DNA of 64,000 bases, taken from the human T2T-CHM13v2.0 reference genome, Homo sapiens. Where the stretch lies: the NCBI RefSeq assembly GCF_009914755.1, contig NC_060925.1; one strand, 5' to 3'. Within the stretch, counting starts at the first letter, position 1. Each line of letters starts with the position of its first letter. Both the position numbers and the translations under genes were made by a program. A model generated the notes under the pieces. The model saw only the letters and a program-made list of their open reading frames with translations. It had not been told where the DNA came from and did not search any database. Positions 1-13,769 of this stretch are shown in pieces.

Positions 1-127
1 ACCAGCCATCAGCATTATTCTTATATCAGATGTTCATGTTAACAGTTCTTCACAGATTAATTTAGCATGATTAGTAATTACAGGAACATAGTTTGCAAAT
101 TATTTACTTTTTGAGTGTGATGTTAAA

Positions 128-887
128 GGGTAGTCCACAAGACTACCCCCACTTCTGACACCATTTCAAGTTTAGGATCTCTAAGACCATACTTAGGTTT
201 AATAATGCACTAGAAAGACTCACAGAGCTCTCTGGATGCTGTTATACTTATGATGACAGTTTAGGATGCAGGTTAGGTTAGGCTGAAAGGCTTACATCCT
301 GACTCTGACTAAAGAATCCTGTCGTGAGTTCCTCAAATCTTGTCGGGAGTTCCTCAAATTGTTGACATACTAATTAATACGTAACCTACTAACATCGAAA
401 AGAACACTGATTTGTTTCTGAGTCATGAACTTTTACTGGTTGTCTTGCATGTAGAACATTTTAGCTTTTATGTTGTAATCTGTAGCCAATGATTATAACC
501 TCCGTATTGCACCCCACAATGAAAAGGACAATTTTGGTGTGAGGAGTCCTCCTCCCTTCTTCTAAACTTTCCTGTAAAAGCCTTCCAACTGGTAGTGGAC
601 TGTGGAATATGCCCAACTTTTTTGGTGTGTTTTCCCAGGTCAGTCCTCACAGTTGGCTTCCAACAAACTTTTGTCAAATTATTTCTGCCTCAGCAGCCTT
701 AATTTTGGTTGACATGACTCAAAACTTCCATTATAAATTGCACTGTTAGGCTGTCTGGCACAGCCTAAATTCCCAAATAAGACACTCCTATCAGGTATGA
801 CATTGCAAGAACATAGAGATTACCTCCCAGAAGCTGAGGGCAAAGGCCAGATCTCTCTTTGGAAAAGGTTAAATTCTTTATTCCACA
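128..887 (-). mobile_element. MER21-family LTR, split in two (about 128-264 and 714-887) by a nested LTR
   Basis: aagactacccccacttctgacacc and cctcccagaagctgagggcaaaggccagatctctctttggaaaaggttaaattctttattccaca match my recall of MER21; terminal TG on the minus strand at 887. Confidence 0.75.
265..713 (+). mobile_element. ERV1 solo LTR fragment (MER34/MER39-like) nested in MER21
   Basis: Ends ttttggttgaca (CA terminus typical of MER4-group LTRs); CCAAT and U5-like gtcctcacagttggc segment; subfamily uncertain. Confidence 0.6.
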
Positions 888-1340
888 AAGAATTTAAATA
901 AGTCCAAGGTTTGTTTTTGTTTTTGTTTTTTTTTTTCCAAAAACACTCTTTTCACTTGTATTTTGATATACTTTCTGAAGTAGGAGATCTAGAGGTCCAA
1001 TTATAGCTACGGGGTCAGGATGTGAATGTGAACGTCATCTTCTTGGCATGCAGTTATTTCAGTGTCTCTACAAGTGTAAGCATAGATTAGCATCAAACTA
1101 CAGTAGAGACCAACCTGCAATTATAGCTAATTCATGTGACCAAATTAGGGAATCTAAATAAGGAGAAAGATTTTAGTGTCCTTATTTAGGATCCAGCCCA
1201 ATAACTAGACTCTGAAGCCAGGCCTATCCTGCACTGTTATCCCAAAAATCAGTCCTCTTCTTAATTCTACCATCTTTTCCTATAGTGCATTTCAGACTCC
1301 TTGCTATTCATTTTTTTTGACTACCAAAAGATAAATAAAT

Positions 1341-1630
1341 GGACCAGGTTCAGTGGCTCACACCTGTAATCCCAGCACTTTGAGAGGCCAAGATGAGGCG
1401 ATCACCTGAGCCCAGAGATTTGAGACCAGCCTGGGAAACATAGGGAGACTCTGTCTCCAGAATTAGCTGGGCATGTTGGTGCCCACCTGTAGTCCCAGCT
1501 ACTTGGGAGGCTGAGACAGGAGGATTGCTTGATCTCAGAAGGTCAAGGCTACAGTGAGAGTGAGTCATGATAATGCCACTATACTCCAGGCTGAGCAATA
1601 GAATGAGAAACTGTCTCAAATAAATAAACA
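1341..1630 (+). mobile_element. AluJ
   Basis: Dimeric Alu with J-type ggattgcttga...ggtcaaggctacagtgag and an A-rich tail. Confidence 0.93.
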
Positions 1631-1680
1631 AATAGATTATTTATCCATCTGGATCTCCAAGTTTCACTCCATTCTGTCTA

Positions 1681-2117
1681 GAGTTGATCTTTAAACAATG
1701 TGAGGTTAGGAGTGCTGACCTCCCACACAGTCAAAAATTCACATACAACTTTTGACTCCCCAAAAACTTAACTACTAATAGCTTACTGTTGACAGAAAGT
1801 CTTACTGATAACATGAACAGTTAACATATATTTTATATTTTCCATGTATTATATGTTGTATTCTTACAATAAAGTAAGCTAGAGAAAAGAAAATGTTATT
1901 AAGGAAATCATAAGGAAGAGAAAATACATTTACTGTTCATTAAGTGGATGTGGATCTTCATAAAGTCTTCATCCTCATCATCCTCATGTTGAGTAGCCTG
2001 AGGAATGGAGGAAGAGAAGGGGTTGTTCTTGCTGCCTCAGAGATAGCAGAGGCGAAAGGAAATCCACATATAAGTGGACCTACACAGTTTAAACCCATGT
2101 TGTTCAACAATCAACTG
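1681..2117. mobile_element. Tigger2a/MER28 non-autonomous DNA transposon, full length
   Basis: TIRs gagttgatctttaaacaa / ttgttcaacaatcaactg, TA on both sides (1679-1680, 2118-2119), ~437 bp. Confidence 0.88.
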
Positions 2118-2214
2118 TATTAGCAAACCTACTGAAGTCTCAAAGGCCTAGGTCTTTCCATTGAAAGCAACAGTAACCTAATTCCAGTAAATCTGGGCAA
2201 AAAATAAAAATAAA

Positions 2215-3014
2215 AAGACACTGATGTGCTCAAAGAGAGAACTCCATGTAAAGATGAAGGGAGATTAGGGTAATGCAACAGAGCCAAAGAATGCCAAAAG
2301 ATTGCCAAAACCCACCAGAAACTAAAGGGATGCATGGAACTAATTTCTGCCTCACCCCCTAGGAAGTAACCAACCCTACTGATACCTGATACCTCCAGAA
2401 CTGTTATACAATAAATTTCTGTTGTTTAAGCCAGTTTATTCCCAACTTTTTGGCATCAGGGACCAGTTTTGTGGAAGATAATTTTTCCACAGCCAGGCAT
2501 GGGAGTTGGCTTCAGGATGATTCAAGTACATTACATTTATTTTGCACTTTATTCCTATTACTATTACATTGTAATATATAATGAAATAATTATACAACTC
2601 ACCGTAATGTAGAATCAGTGGGAGCCCTGAGTTTGTTTTCATGCAGCTAGTCAGTCCCATCTGTGGGTGATGGGAGACAGTGACAGATCATCAGGCATTG
2701 GATTTTCATAAGGAGGATACAACCTAGATCCCTTGTATGCACAGTTCACAATAGAGTTCATACTCCTATGACTATCTAATGCCACTGCTGATGGAACAGG
2801 AGGTGGAGCTCAGGTGGTAATGCAAGTGATGGGGAGCAGCTGTACATACAAATGAAGCTCTACTCACTCACCCGCCTCTCACCTCCTACTGTGCAGCCCA
2901 GTTCCTAACAGGCCATGAACAGGTACCAGTCTATAGCCCAGGAGTTGGGGACTCCTGGTTTAAGCTACCCAGTTTGTGTTACTTTTTTACAGAAGCCCTA
3001 GCAAATGAATTCAC
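2215..3014 (+). mobile_element. MLT1 (MaLR) LTR interrupted by MER1A
   Basis: ccagaactg...aataaatttctgttgtttaagc resumes after the insert as tacccagtttgtgttac...gccctagcaaa. Confidence 0.8.
2432..2957 (-). mobile_element. MER1A hAT-Charlie transposon, full length
   Basis: cag...cccaac / gttggggactcctg termini; perfect 8-bp TSD gtttaagc at 2424-2431 and 2958-2965. Confidence 0.92.
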
Positions 3015-3249
3015 AGACTAAATATGTACCACTAGGTCATTTTGAATGTCATTTTTGTCATTTTCTCATCTTATTGGTCAAATCAGTACAGTTCAGAAAA
3101 AGAACTTTCTCTTTCGCATATGCAACTTCAGTCTCTTCTTTTTCATTGTCTTTCATTAGCCTGTACTTACTCTTTTCTCTATTCACATCCCAGATTTTAT
3201 TCTATGTGGCAGATAAATATTATTGCACTGAGAGTCCAGACTTGTGAGT

Positions 3250-4290
3250 CAGTTATCAAGCATGAAGAGCTTAATTTCAAATATTGTATTTTGCAAGCTC
3301 AGAATTTCTATTATGTTATTTTAATAAATTTCAATTTTCTGTTGAAGTACTCCATCTTTTTATTGATTTTGACTATCTTTTTAATATATTAATCACAGTT
3401 ATTTTTGAACTCTATTTACCAAATCACATATTTATATCATCTCTGAGTTTGCCTTTATTTACTGTCTTCTCTCTTATTAGTTGCTTTTCCTGCTTGTTTG
3501 CATATCTAATACTTGCTTACTATGTGCTTGACATTATAAATGATACACCATAGATGCTGTGGAATGTGTTATCTTCCTCTAGAGATTAAGTTTTTATCTA
3601 GCAGGCAATTAAATTATGAAAAATCACCCTCATCCTGCCACAGTTTGATTTTAGTCTTTGTTAGAGTGGGTCTATTTCACTTTTTCCCTTATTCCTAGAG
3701 TCTAACCCTTACCCCTAGCATGCTCCTTACTTCTAAGATGTGATACTATCATAGTAACATCAACAACAGGCCCAAGGTATTCATTAGCTGGACCCAAATG
3801 TCAGTGTCTCCCCAGAGTTGTGCGATTTCTGAAATCTCTGCTTATCTCTCAGCACCCCACATCCTTTCTCTGCTATATCTCCTGAAATCTCATTATGTGA
3901 ATACACACCTTTATGCATCAAAGACCCAATGTGAATTTTTATGTAGATTTTGGAGCCACTTCTCTGTAACTCTCTCCTAATACCCTACCCCTCAAATCCC
4001 AGTCACCATTGTAACTCCTAAAACCAGTCTCTGTTTTCCCTGAGAGCAAGAATTTTGCTTTCTGCTAGGGCTGTATGCTCCCATACAGTGGTTTGAAAAT
4101 TGCTTTTTGGGGGAAATCCAGAGTGAAGGCAGGGTGTAGGTCATGTGTTTTCCTTATCTCAGGGATATCAGCCTTGCATTAGTTGCTGCTCACTTTCTGC
4201 AAACACTCGTTTAAATTTTTTCCATATTTTATATATGTTTTGGTGGGTGGACAAGTCTAACATAAGCTACTTAATCATGGCCAAATCTTA
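3250..4290 (-). mobile_element. Old L1M 5'/ORF1-region remnant
   Basis: T-rich degenerate sequence resembling antisense L1ME 5' region; boundaries approximate. Confidence 0.55.
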
Positions 4291-4306
4291 AAGTGAGGCA
4301 TAAAGT

Positions 4307-4618
4307 GTTTTTATTGTATTTATTTATTTATTTTTTAGAGACAGGGTCTCACTCTGTCACCCAGGCTGGAATGCAGTGGCATATCATAGCACACTGCAGC
4401 CTTAAACTCCTGGGTTCAAGTGATTCTCCTGCTTCGGCCTCCTGAATAACTGGGACTACAGGCAGGCACCACCATGCCTAGCAAATTTTTTAACTTTTTG
4501 TGGAGACGAGGTCTCCATATGTTGCCCAGGCTTGTCTCGAACTCCTGGCCTCAAGTGATCCTCCTGCCTAAGCCTCCCAAAGTGCTGGGATTATAGGCAT
4601 GAGCTACCACACTAGCCC
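4307..4618 (-). mobile_element. AluJ
   Basis: Antisense Alu with J diagnostics; TSD cataaagt on both flanks. Confidence 0.93.
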
Positions 4619-5358
4619 ATAAAGTTCTTAAGCACAGAATTAATCCTCATGATCCATTTATTTGCTCTTTTATATCCTCGCTCCTCTCTTTCCATACCTT
4701 ACTAACTGTAACATAATAAAAGCATGTTTCTAACAGATAATTTCCACAAATAACTATAATCCTGCTATTTAAAAACTCAACATACTATCATCCTAGAGAA
4801 GAAAATCTATAACATAGTGACAGTAGGAATGCCAACTAATAACAAATTGGTGTTTAGACTTCTTACCTTCTGTAAGGCTCATGAAAGAAATATGTATTCA
4901 TAATTGTCCAATTTCTTAAACGCAACCTTATGGAAAGACAGAATCAGGGTAAAGACAAACACTAAGAACAACGCACAGTGGAGACATAAACAGAGTTCTT
5001 AGATTAAGATACAGGTAGGGGCTAGCAGAATTCACACTGTTTCCCAGATTCCCTATCCCGTGAAGGGACACTTTGTCCAAGTACAGCCAGACATACTTCA
5101 GTTTTGTTTGAGGAAAGAAACTCTGATTTGTCTCCTAATATTTACAGAGGGGTTGGGAATAAGGAGGAAACATCCACAATGAGTAGAAAGAGTCTTGATC
5201 TTTGCAATTGGAGTGTCATTGACATCTACTCTCAGATACCAATTGCTCAATAAGTTTGAATAGCCAGCTGTTTTCAACTAAAGACCATGATGCTCTCCTG
5301 GATGAGCCAATGAGTCTATATGATGCAGAAAACCATGTTGTCTCTTTGCAGACAGTAA

Positions 5359-5717
<359 letters not shown>

Positions 5718-6071
5718 TCATAAAGGGTTTTTTCTAGCAGGGCCTTTGTTTCTGGTTAAAATACAAATACAGTACATCTAGGAGAGGTATCACAGATTAG
5801 TCAGTTACATTTCAGAATGATGTTTTTAAAGACTCCTTTTCTGATAACTTATTTTGATAGTTAAGAGAGAGTAGAATCAAAAGCTGTGGGTTGTGAAAGG
5901 TAAATAGGAAAAGGAGCAAAAAGAAAGAAGAAAGAAGTTTGGAGGCTTGAGGAAACAGCTTCAGATTTAGCAATTTGGGCTCCTGCTTATAAATCTTCAT
6001 GTCCGTATTGATATGTTACTAACAGCATATTGGTACATTAGTATAAGTGGTATTATACATCTCACTTAAAA

Positions 6072-6247
6072 CAGTGGTCTTCAATCTTCAGCTACACAGA
6101 ATCACCTACAGAGGTTTTATAGCTCCAGATGTCCTAGGTACACCCCAAACCAATTACATTAGAGACCCTAGAGATGGGGCCCAGGCAGTAGTGGTTGTTA
6201 AATCTCCACAGGTGATTCAAATATGTAGCCAAGCTTGCGAATCACTG
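6072..6247. mobile_element. MER5A-type hAT MITE
   Basis: cagtggtcttcaa...agaatcacct...aggtgattc...gaatcactg inverted structure. Confidence 0.8.
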
Positions 6248-7365
6248 ACATGTTCTCTTGGCTTCTGCTCTCTTTCATAACAATAAAGCATCAGCTAGAC
6301 AATCCCTGAGCATTCTTTCCAGTCCAAGTTCTTCAATTCTGTGATAATGCATGAAAAATTTCCCTTTTCTTTCACTGCTCGCAAAACCGAAGCAAATCCA
6401 CTGAGTTATTTTCTGCTTTGGCTTTGTGACTTAGGTAAATACAAATGTTCTCCAAAGTTTATATTGTTTCATAAGATGTTTTCCATCCCTGCTCACCTAG
6501 ACATTCATCAGAGGGAAGGGGGAAACAGCTATTAGCTGTCCAAAGAAAAGCATAAGTCTAACACGAAACATATTATAAAAACAAACACTTTACAAGTGGG
6601 ATGAGCCCTTTTTGTAAACACAGGAAACACCTGCTTATTGATGCTTTGCTATTGTGGAAGTTTTGTGTAAGTGTTTTCATAATTACAGATTCATATTCCA
6701 TATATGTTAAGCAAAACTGTTTGCATGACTCATTTGGAAAAGACTTTGAAGTCTCTTGCTTAAGACCTAACAGTGCTCTCTTCTCTTCCTTTCTCTCTCC
6801 CCTAGAAGAGATGCCTAATGAGAAACGCCAAGATTGGCCACATGAGCTTTCACAGAGAGGCTCTGGGAAGGAGAAAGCCTGGAAGTCAGGCCCATCTGCA
6901 CAGCACACTCACCTGCTGTGAGTCATTCAGTCCATGTCAGGCATTTTTTTCCCACAGCTCTTCCTACCTCACAGATGTGATATTAAAGAGCTATATAATG
7001 TGTAAGACACTCCAAGGTACTGTGAAGCAAGAAATGAAATAAATATAGGATCTTTACCTTGCCAAAAAGCAACATCTCAGAATTTGCCAAGCCACCTGCT
7101 AAGGTCAAGTCATTTGTCATCTGAAGCAAACTGCCTCTATTAAAGACAAATGACATAATATCCACAGCCCCCTCCCCAGGAAACCTTCAATATGGTTCAC
7201 TTATATTCTCCTTAAACATAGCTGCATATTCAGACCTTCTCAACCTTGAGCATATCTTTGTTCCACCAGCAAGATCCTCTGCCTTTTTTTCTGCCCTGTC
7301 TCCACTTTTCCCTCTACCCCCACTCCTCACTATGGAAATACAATACATCATTCAAGTTCCCGTTT

Positions 7366-7592
7366 AATTAATAGCAGCTACTTTATTGAGCACGTTCCAG
7401 GAACTTAGCTGAATGCTTTTCATGCATTTGTTTACCTAATTCTTCCAACATATCTACAAAATAAGTTTTATTAAGCCAGTTGAGTCAAAGACAATCAAAA
7501 CTCAAAGAGGGAAAATAACTTGCTCAAGATCACAAAACCAAGATTCAAACCCAGGCGTATCTTGCTCCAAAGCTGATTCTATTACCCACTAC
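7366..7592 (-). mobile_element. MIR
   Basis: tttattgagcac...aacttgctcaagatcac...gattcaaacccagg core. Confidence 0.75.
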
Positions 7593-8301
7593 ATTGCACT
7601 GTCACTCTTTCCATAGAAGGGTGAAAACTTTCTTGATGACTCTACCATGCAGCAATTTCTCCCCAGTTGAAATCAAGCTCCCCTCCAGTATATGTTTTTA
7701 CATGTTGCGTAGTCTTGATCACTATTTTATATTGCTATTTAATTTAAAATGAATGTTTTGTTTCTTTCCCTAAGTATATTACAAGCCTATTAAAGCCACA
7801 GAACTATTCAAAGTGCCTAACACAATGCACTTACATTCTGTAGGCACATACAAAAACTGGTCTTATTTTCAGTTGTGGTATATGCTTTTGTTACCCTTTT
7901 ATCACCTAGCACATTGCTATGTACAGTAGTCTAACCAAGACAATAAATCCTTCCCATTTGTGTAGAGCACAAATGGAGGAATTAAATAACAAGACATGAG
8001 GTGAAGAAGACTAGTAAAGGTGTAATTGAAGATGAACCTATCTATCTACTTTTGGGTCATCTTGGGTTATGATTTTAATGTTGATAGCTATCAGAACTTA
8101 AGAAGCATTTCTTTTTTATAATGCACAGAATACCAAAATACTGATATTAGACAGTATTCCATATTTGCATAAATTATAATTTCTAATCAGTTATTAATAT
8201 TTACTAGTGTCTGTGCAGAATGTTTATCAATATGTCATAGCACAAAAGTAGAAACAAGCACAAAATAAATTAACACAGTATTTTACATTTTAAGAATAAT
8301 C

Positions 8302-8610
<309 letters not shown>

Positions 8611-9201
8611 GAATAATGAACACAAGATCTTTCTATGCAAAGCGATTTGGTAAATTAAGAAAAATATTTAGAAAAGTCAGAAAGAAAAACACTCTAGCCA
8701 GGCAAACTTAGAAAACTAAGGGAAAACTTTTAGAGCTTGATTAAGTAGATAATTACTTAAGATGAAAGAGTAAATTATATAAAAGAGAACTTATTGGTGA
8801 ATAAAAATAAATCTGATTCTAAGAGATAAGAATAACTGGCATGCAGGAGATACTGACTCACAAAGCTTCCTGTACCAACCAGAGTATCATTTTTTCAAAT
8901 AGGAGAGGAGTGAATGTTATGCACTGTGGCTTAATAGTGTGTATGAAATTACTCTGATGCTCATTTTTCTGATTCCAAGACTCTTGACTAAGAATGTTCA
9001 AGCTCTTATTTGAGACCATAAAATAGAATATGAAAATAAATAACTTGAAATAGAGAGGCAGGCATCTCAGCGAGTAGCCCATATGCACTCACCCCTAAAC
9101 CAGTCCCGAGTACCTCCTCAGTAACACACCCTCTTCAGCGTGCTAGAAATATGAAGCCAGTACATGACACAGGAAGACTGGAATATGATATTTATCTTAC
9201 T

Positions 9202-9453
9202 CTTGTCTACTGTTTAATGTGTAAGAGTGTAAAGGGTATTCTTCCCTTATTTATGAGTTTGTTTCCCTTTGTGTAGAATGTAGTATAAGTCCATCATATA
9301 TAAGTGTGATGTATACATATATGCATTTTCATGCTGTTAAACATTATTTCTAAACATGATTAATGATGGCTGCCTTGTCTACTGTTTTAGTGTGTGAGAG
9401 TGTAAAGAGTATTCTTCCCTTATTTATGAATTTGTTTCCCTTTGTGTAGAATG
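9202..9453 (+). repeat. ~79-bp direct duplication enclosing a ~94-bp copy of 10318-10422
   Basis: 9202-9280 matches 9374-9453; 9283-9376 matches 10318-10422. Confidence 0.95.
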
Positions 9454-9739
9454 AGGTAATATCTACTTACTTTCCTTCAAAGTTCTCAGGAATGACTCAT
9501 GAAAAAGGTTCTTCAATTTAGCCAGTACACTAAAATGTTTTCAATAACAAATAATTTCCTTTATGCCTGTAGAACATTTCATCTGCATATAACTACAATT
9601 TGGACTCTCAGTACACATTTTCTATTTCTTGCTAATGCCCATGAGACTTTCAGGAGTTAGAACTATAGGTTCTACCATTTCCTGGCCTTTCTGTATCTAT
9701 AGATTTTCTAGTCATGTGATCTTACAGTCACCTTAGTTT

Positions 9740-9950
9740 AGTGAAGGTAGCTCCAGACATGGCGTCAAATGACCCATGTTCAAATTTCAGCTATGCTTTT
9801 CATTGTTAGCCTTGTGACCTGGACTAAACCAAGCATCTCCCCGAGTCTCAGCATCTTTTCTATAAAGAGGAGAAACAATACCTGCCTGCACTTACCCATA
9901 GGATTGTAATGAGACTCAAGATGAAAACTATGCAAAAATGCTGCATAAAT
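9740..9950 (+). mobile_element. MIR
   Basis: ttcaaatttcagct...tgtgacctgg...gagtctcag...ggattgtaatgag core. Confidence 0.7.
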
Positions 9951-10329
9951 CACATCTCTGTAGCAGGAATTTTCTTGCTATTTTTAGTTGCTTGCAACCC
10001 TTTTTTCCCTATTAGCGAGCAATAGCTACTATCAAAATTTTCATTGGTTTTCTTCTGGTCTTTAGTTTCTACAGTACGTATATATGTGTTTATGTATGTA
10101 TAGATGTACTTTGTAAAATATAGTATTTTATTGTAATACAATTATGTATTATAATAGTTTTATCCTACTTTTACAAAATGTATTTTATAATACACATGCA
10201 ATTTTATATATTTTATAATGTATTATGGTAAAATTATGTATTATACGTGCATATATAATGACATATGTGTATATATATGTCCCTAGATTAATAAAAGTTC
10301 TTCCAAATAACAGCTTTGTATAAGTCCAT

Positions 10330-11220
10330 CATATATAATATATAATAAAGTGTGATATATACATACATGCATTTTCATGTTGTTAAACATTATTTCTAAA
10401 CCTGGTTAATGATGGCTGCCTTAAAAATATGGTGAGTTTTTTTTTTATTCTACCATACAAGTAAACTATAATTTATTTGATCATTCCCTATTTTTAACTC
10501 ATTAGGAATACTTTTTCCCAGGTTTTCCCAGGTTTTCCCAGTTTTTTGTTTTGGGTTTATTTGTTGTTGTTGTTGTTGATGATGATGATGATGGTACTGG
10601 GTTTATTTGCTATATAACAATACTGTAGTAAATGTATCTGTGCAAAAATCTCTGATTCCATGGGGGAGATTTCTAGAACTGAAATCACTGGATCAAAGAT
10701 ATGGAGTTTTCTGAGTCCCTTTCTAACATACTGTCAAATTCTGTTTCTGAAGCATTGTACTATACAACGTAAAATGCAATCAATGTTACAGTAACCTTGT
10801 CAGAATTGTTACCTATTTCAATCATTACTAATGTCACAGGCCAAAAATAATGTATCTTTATTATTTATGTTTATGTGATTATTAGTGAAGTTGAAAACTT
10901 GTCATGTTTATTGATTTTAATTATCTCTGCCTAGAATTATCTCTTCTCATTCTTGCTCCAATTTCAATATTTTCCTTATTATGTGTCATTTACACTTCAG
11001 TGAGATTAATTTCTTTATTTTTCTTATAAAATTTTTCAAATTTGTCATCTGTGTTGTAACATTGCTTATGATTTTTTTATATTGTGTTTTAAATTTATGT
11101 TTTTTGAAATCAAATTCACTAGCCATTTTCTTCCATTGCTTTCTTTTTATGCTTTGTGAATTAAGTAAAGGGAATTCCTACTGCATCCATATATCTATTC
11201 AGTCTTTTACTAAAAACCAG
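10330..11220 (-). mobile_element. Old L1ME 3' remnant with embedded (ttttcccagg)x3 and (ttg)n(gat)n repeats
   Basis: ctagaactgaaatcactggatcaaagatatgg and attagtgaagttgaaaactt motifs typical of antisense L1M 3' ends. Confidence 0.65.
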
Positions 11221-11814
11221 TCCCTATGTTCAAAGATTTAGCAATCTAGAATAAAGTTAAAGCTGAAGATGCTGACTGTTGCCATTCTGCTAGGAAGCCA
11301 GTTTGAAACCATCAGCCAAGAGATTATTAAGTATTTCTGGTACAGGAGGAGTTGGCACCAACCCAGACATAGCTCTATTTATAGGCAGCACAGATACCTC
11401 CTGTGCTGTGGCTTTTAGCCAATGCTGAGGACCCAGAAGTTCTAACACTTGTAAAGCACGTCTGTACCAGTGATCGTATAAGTCAGAGGGGGTCAGGCTC
11501 AGGGCTAGTTGATACCTGGGGAACGATGAGAACAGAGAATAGGACACCACTACCAGAATCAGCTCTACTGGAGGAGAGTAGTTTGCAAATGTCTAGCATG
11601 CAGAAATTGTAATTAGAAAGATGAGTCTAAAAGCAATTCATGACCTTCCAATTCTAAGGTCCTCTCTCTCACTGTTCTCTGGCTGTATTCAACTCTATGC
11701 TGAGTAAGGACAAGCCTCTTGTTTGCCTTATATTTAAATTCTACACTCCTGTCTTTAGAAATACCCCTGGACAGGCAAACTTGCTTCCTCAGCAGCAGGA
11801 AGATTAATCATGGC

Positions 11815-12050
11815 TAGTAACAATAATACTTAACATCAATTAAGCTATTTTTATAGTCCAGACCCTGTTCTAAGCCTTTAATATTCATCAACCCCTTCAA
11901 ACTCTTTGCACTTATAAGAACTATAATTTTCTCTATTTTATAGTTAAAGAAACTGAAGCATGGAGAAGTTAAGTAGCTTGTCCAAGGTTGAGCCAAGACT
12001 TGAAACCAGACAGCCTGGTTCCAGAGTTGGCACCCTTATGATATTCTATG
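11815..12050 (-). mobile_element. MIR
   Basis: aaagaaactgaagcatggagaagttaagtagcttgtccaagg core. Confidence 0.8.
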
Positions 12051-12423
12051 TTATTCTGTATTAATATAATGCAAATTTTGAGAACAAGTGTTTATTTTAA
12101 TTTATGTATGTGGAAAGACATATACATATATTTATATATATGAAAAGATATATAAATATTATGCCCTTGGATATCTATCTTTACTTATTCTGGTCAATGG
12201 AGGGGGAGGGTTAGAAATTAATTAAATAATTCTTGGATTATCCAGGCCTCTGACGTTCCCACCTTCTGATGCTTGCATCAGAAAACAGAAGGGAACAAAG
12301 GAAAAAAACACACATGGCAATTTTGCTACAGTTTGAAGTTAGTTCTGCTTGGAGTTGGCTTTAAAGGGACAAGAGAACGGATATACTGGTCAAAGTAACA
12401 TCAGTTTTATGTAACCACCCAGT

Positions 12424-12660
12424 CATCACAGGTGCTTCCATTGGTACCAGCTTAGAGCTGAACAGTGGAGGGTGCAGAGTGTGTATGGGTAAATTCCCAA
12501 GAAGAACACAATTTTAGCCATCTCTGAGTGAACTTTGCCAGATGGCAAGGTTGTTATTGGGTTGTGGTGTCATTGTATTGTTCTTGGGAATTCACCCATA
12601 CACAGTCTGCACCCTCCACTGTTCAGCTCTAAGCTGGTACCAAGGGAAGCACCGGTGATG
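12424..12660. repeat. Inverted repeat with 89-bp arms and a 59-bp spacer
   Basis: 12424-12512 is the reverse complement of 12572-12660 with 6 mismatches. Confidence 0.95.
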
Positions 12661-12913
12661 GACACTTATCCCTATAATCCCTTTCTCTTCCCACCCAGTA
12701 CCCCGCACAGACTCGAGCTTTCTCGTGGCTGCTGTTTCAGAAATATTCATGGCCAATTCGCTGCTCGAAGCCTCACACAGTGAGCAGGAGAGGTGACTCC
12801 TGCCATCAATTTGCCTCTCGTCGTCTCATTCCCGCCACTCTATCCTCCACAGCACTGCTGGTATTTTCCGTTTGTGAATTTAATCACATTCCTTCCATTA
12901 AAATTATCCTGTA

Positions 12914-13302
<389 letters not shown>

Positions 13303-13329
13303 CTAGCTTCACCTCCCCCACCCTTGAGG

Positions 13330-13720
13330 TTTGCATTCTAAGCTTCACAACCTTCTTGTAAGTCCTCAAATATGCTTTGCTATCCCACAGTTCTGTGTCT
13401 TTGCCTAGTCTGTTTCTCTCCTGGAGTATCCCCCACCGTCCAACACCCACGTGAACATACACTTTATATGATTTACATCTTTGGATCTCATTTTAACTTC
13501 TGCCTCCTATGTGAAGCCTCTCTCACTGCATCAGCCTACTTTATGTCATTCAGAAAAACTAATTGTGTTCCAAACCTGTCTCCCATGTGCATGTATCACC
13601 TTGTGTGCTAGTTGCTTGTGTATCTGTCTCCCACTTAGATTGTGATCTCCTTAAAGAGGGGACTATAATTTCCACCTTTGCAAATGGCATTTAATAAATA
13701 TGTATTTATTGGAAGGTAGA
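13330..13720 (+). mobile_element. L2 3' remnant
   Basis: tctgtctcccacttagattgtgatctcctt...aataaatatgtatttattg L2 tail motifs. Confidence 0.6.
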
Positions 13721-13769
13721 TGAATGGATGGCTCAAAGAAAGAATGGATAAATAGTATCATTTACACAG

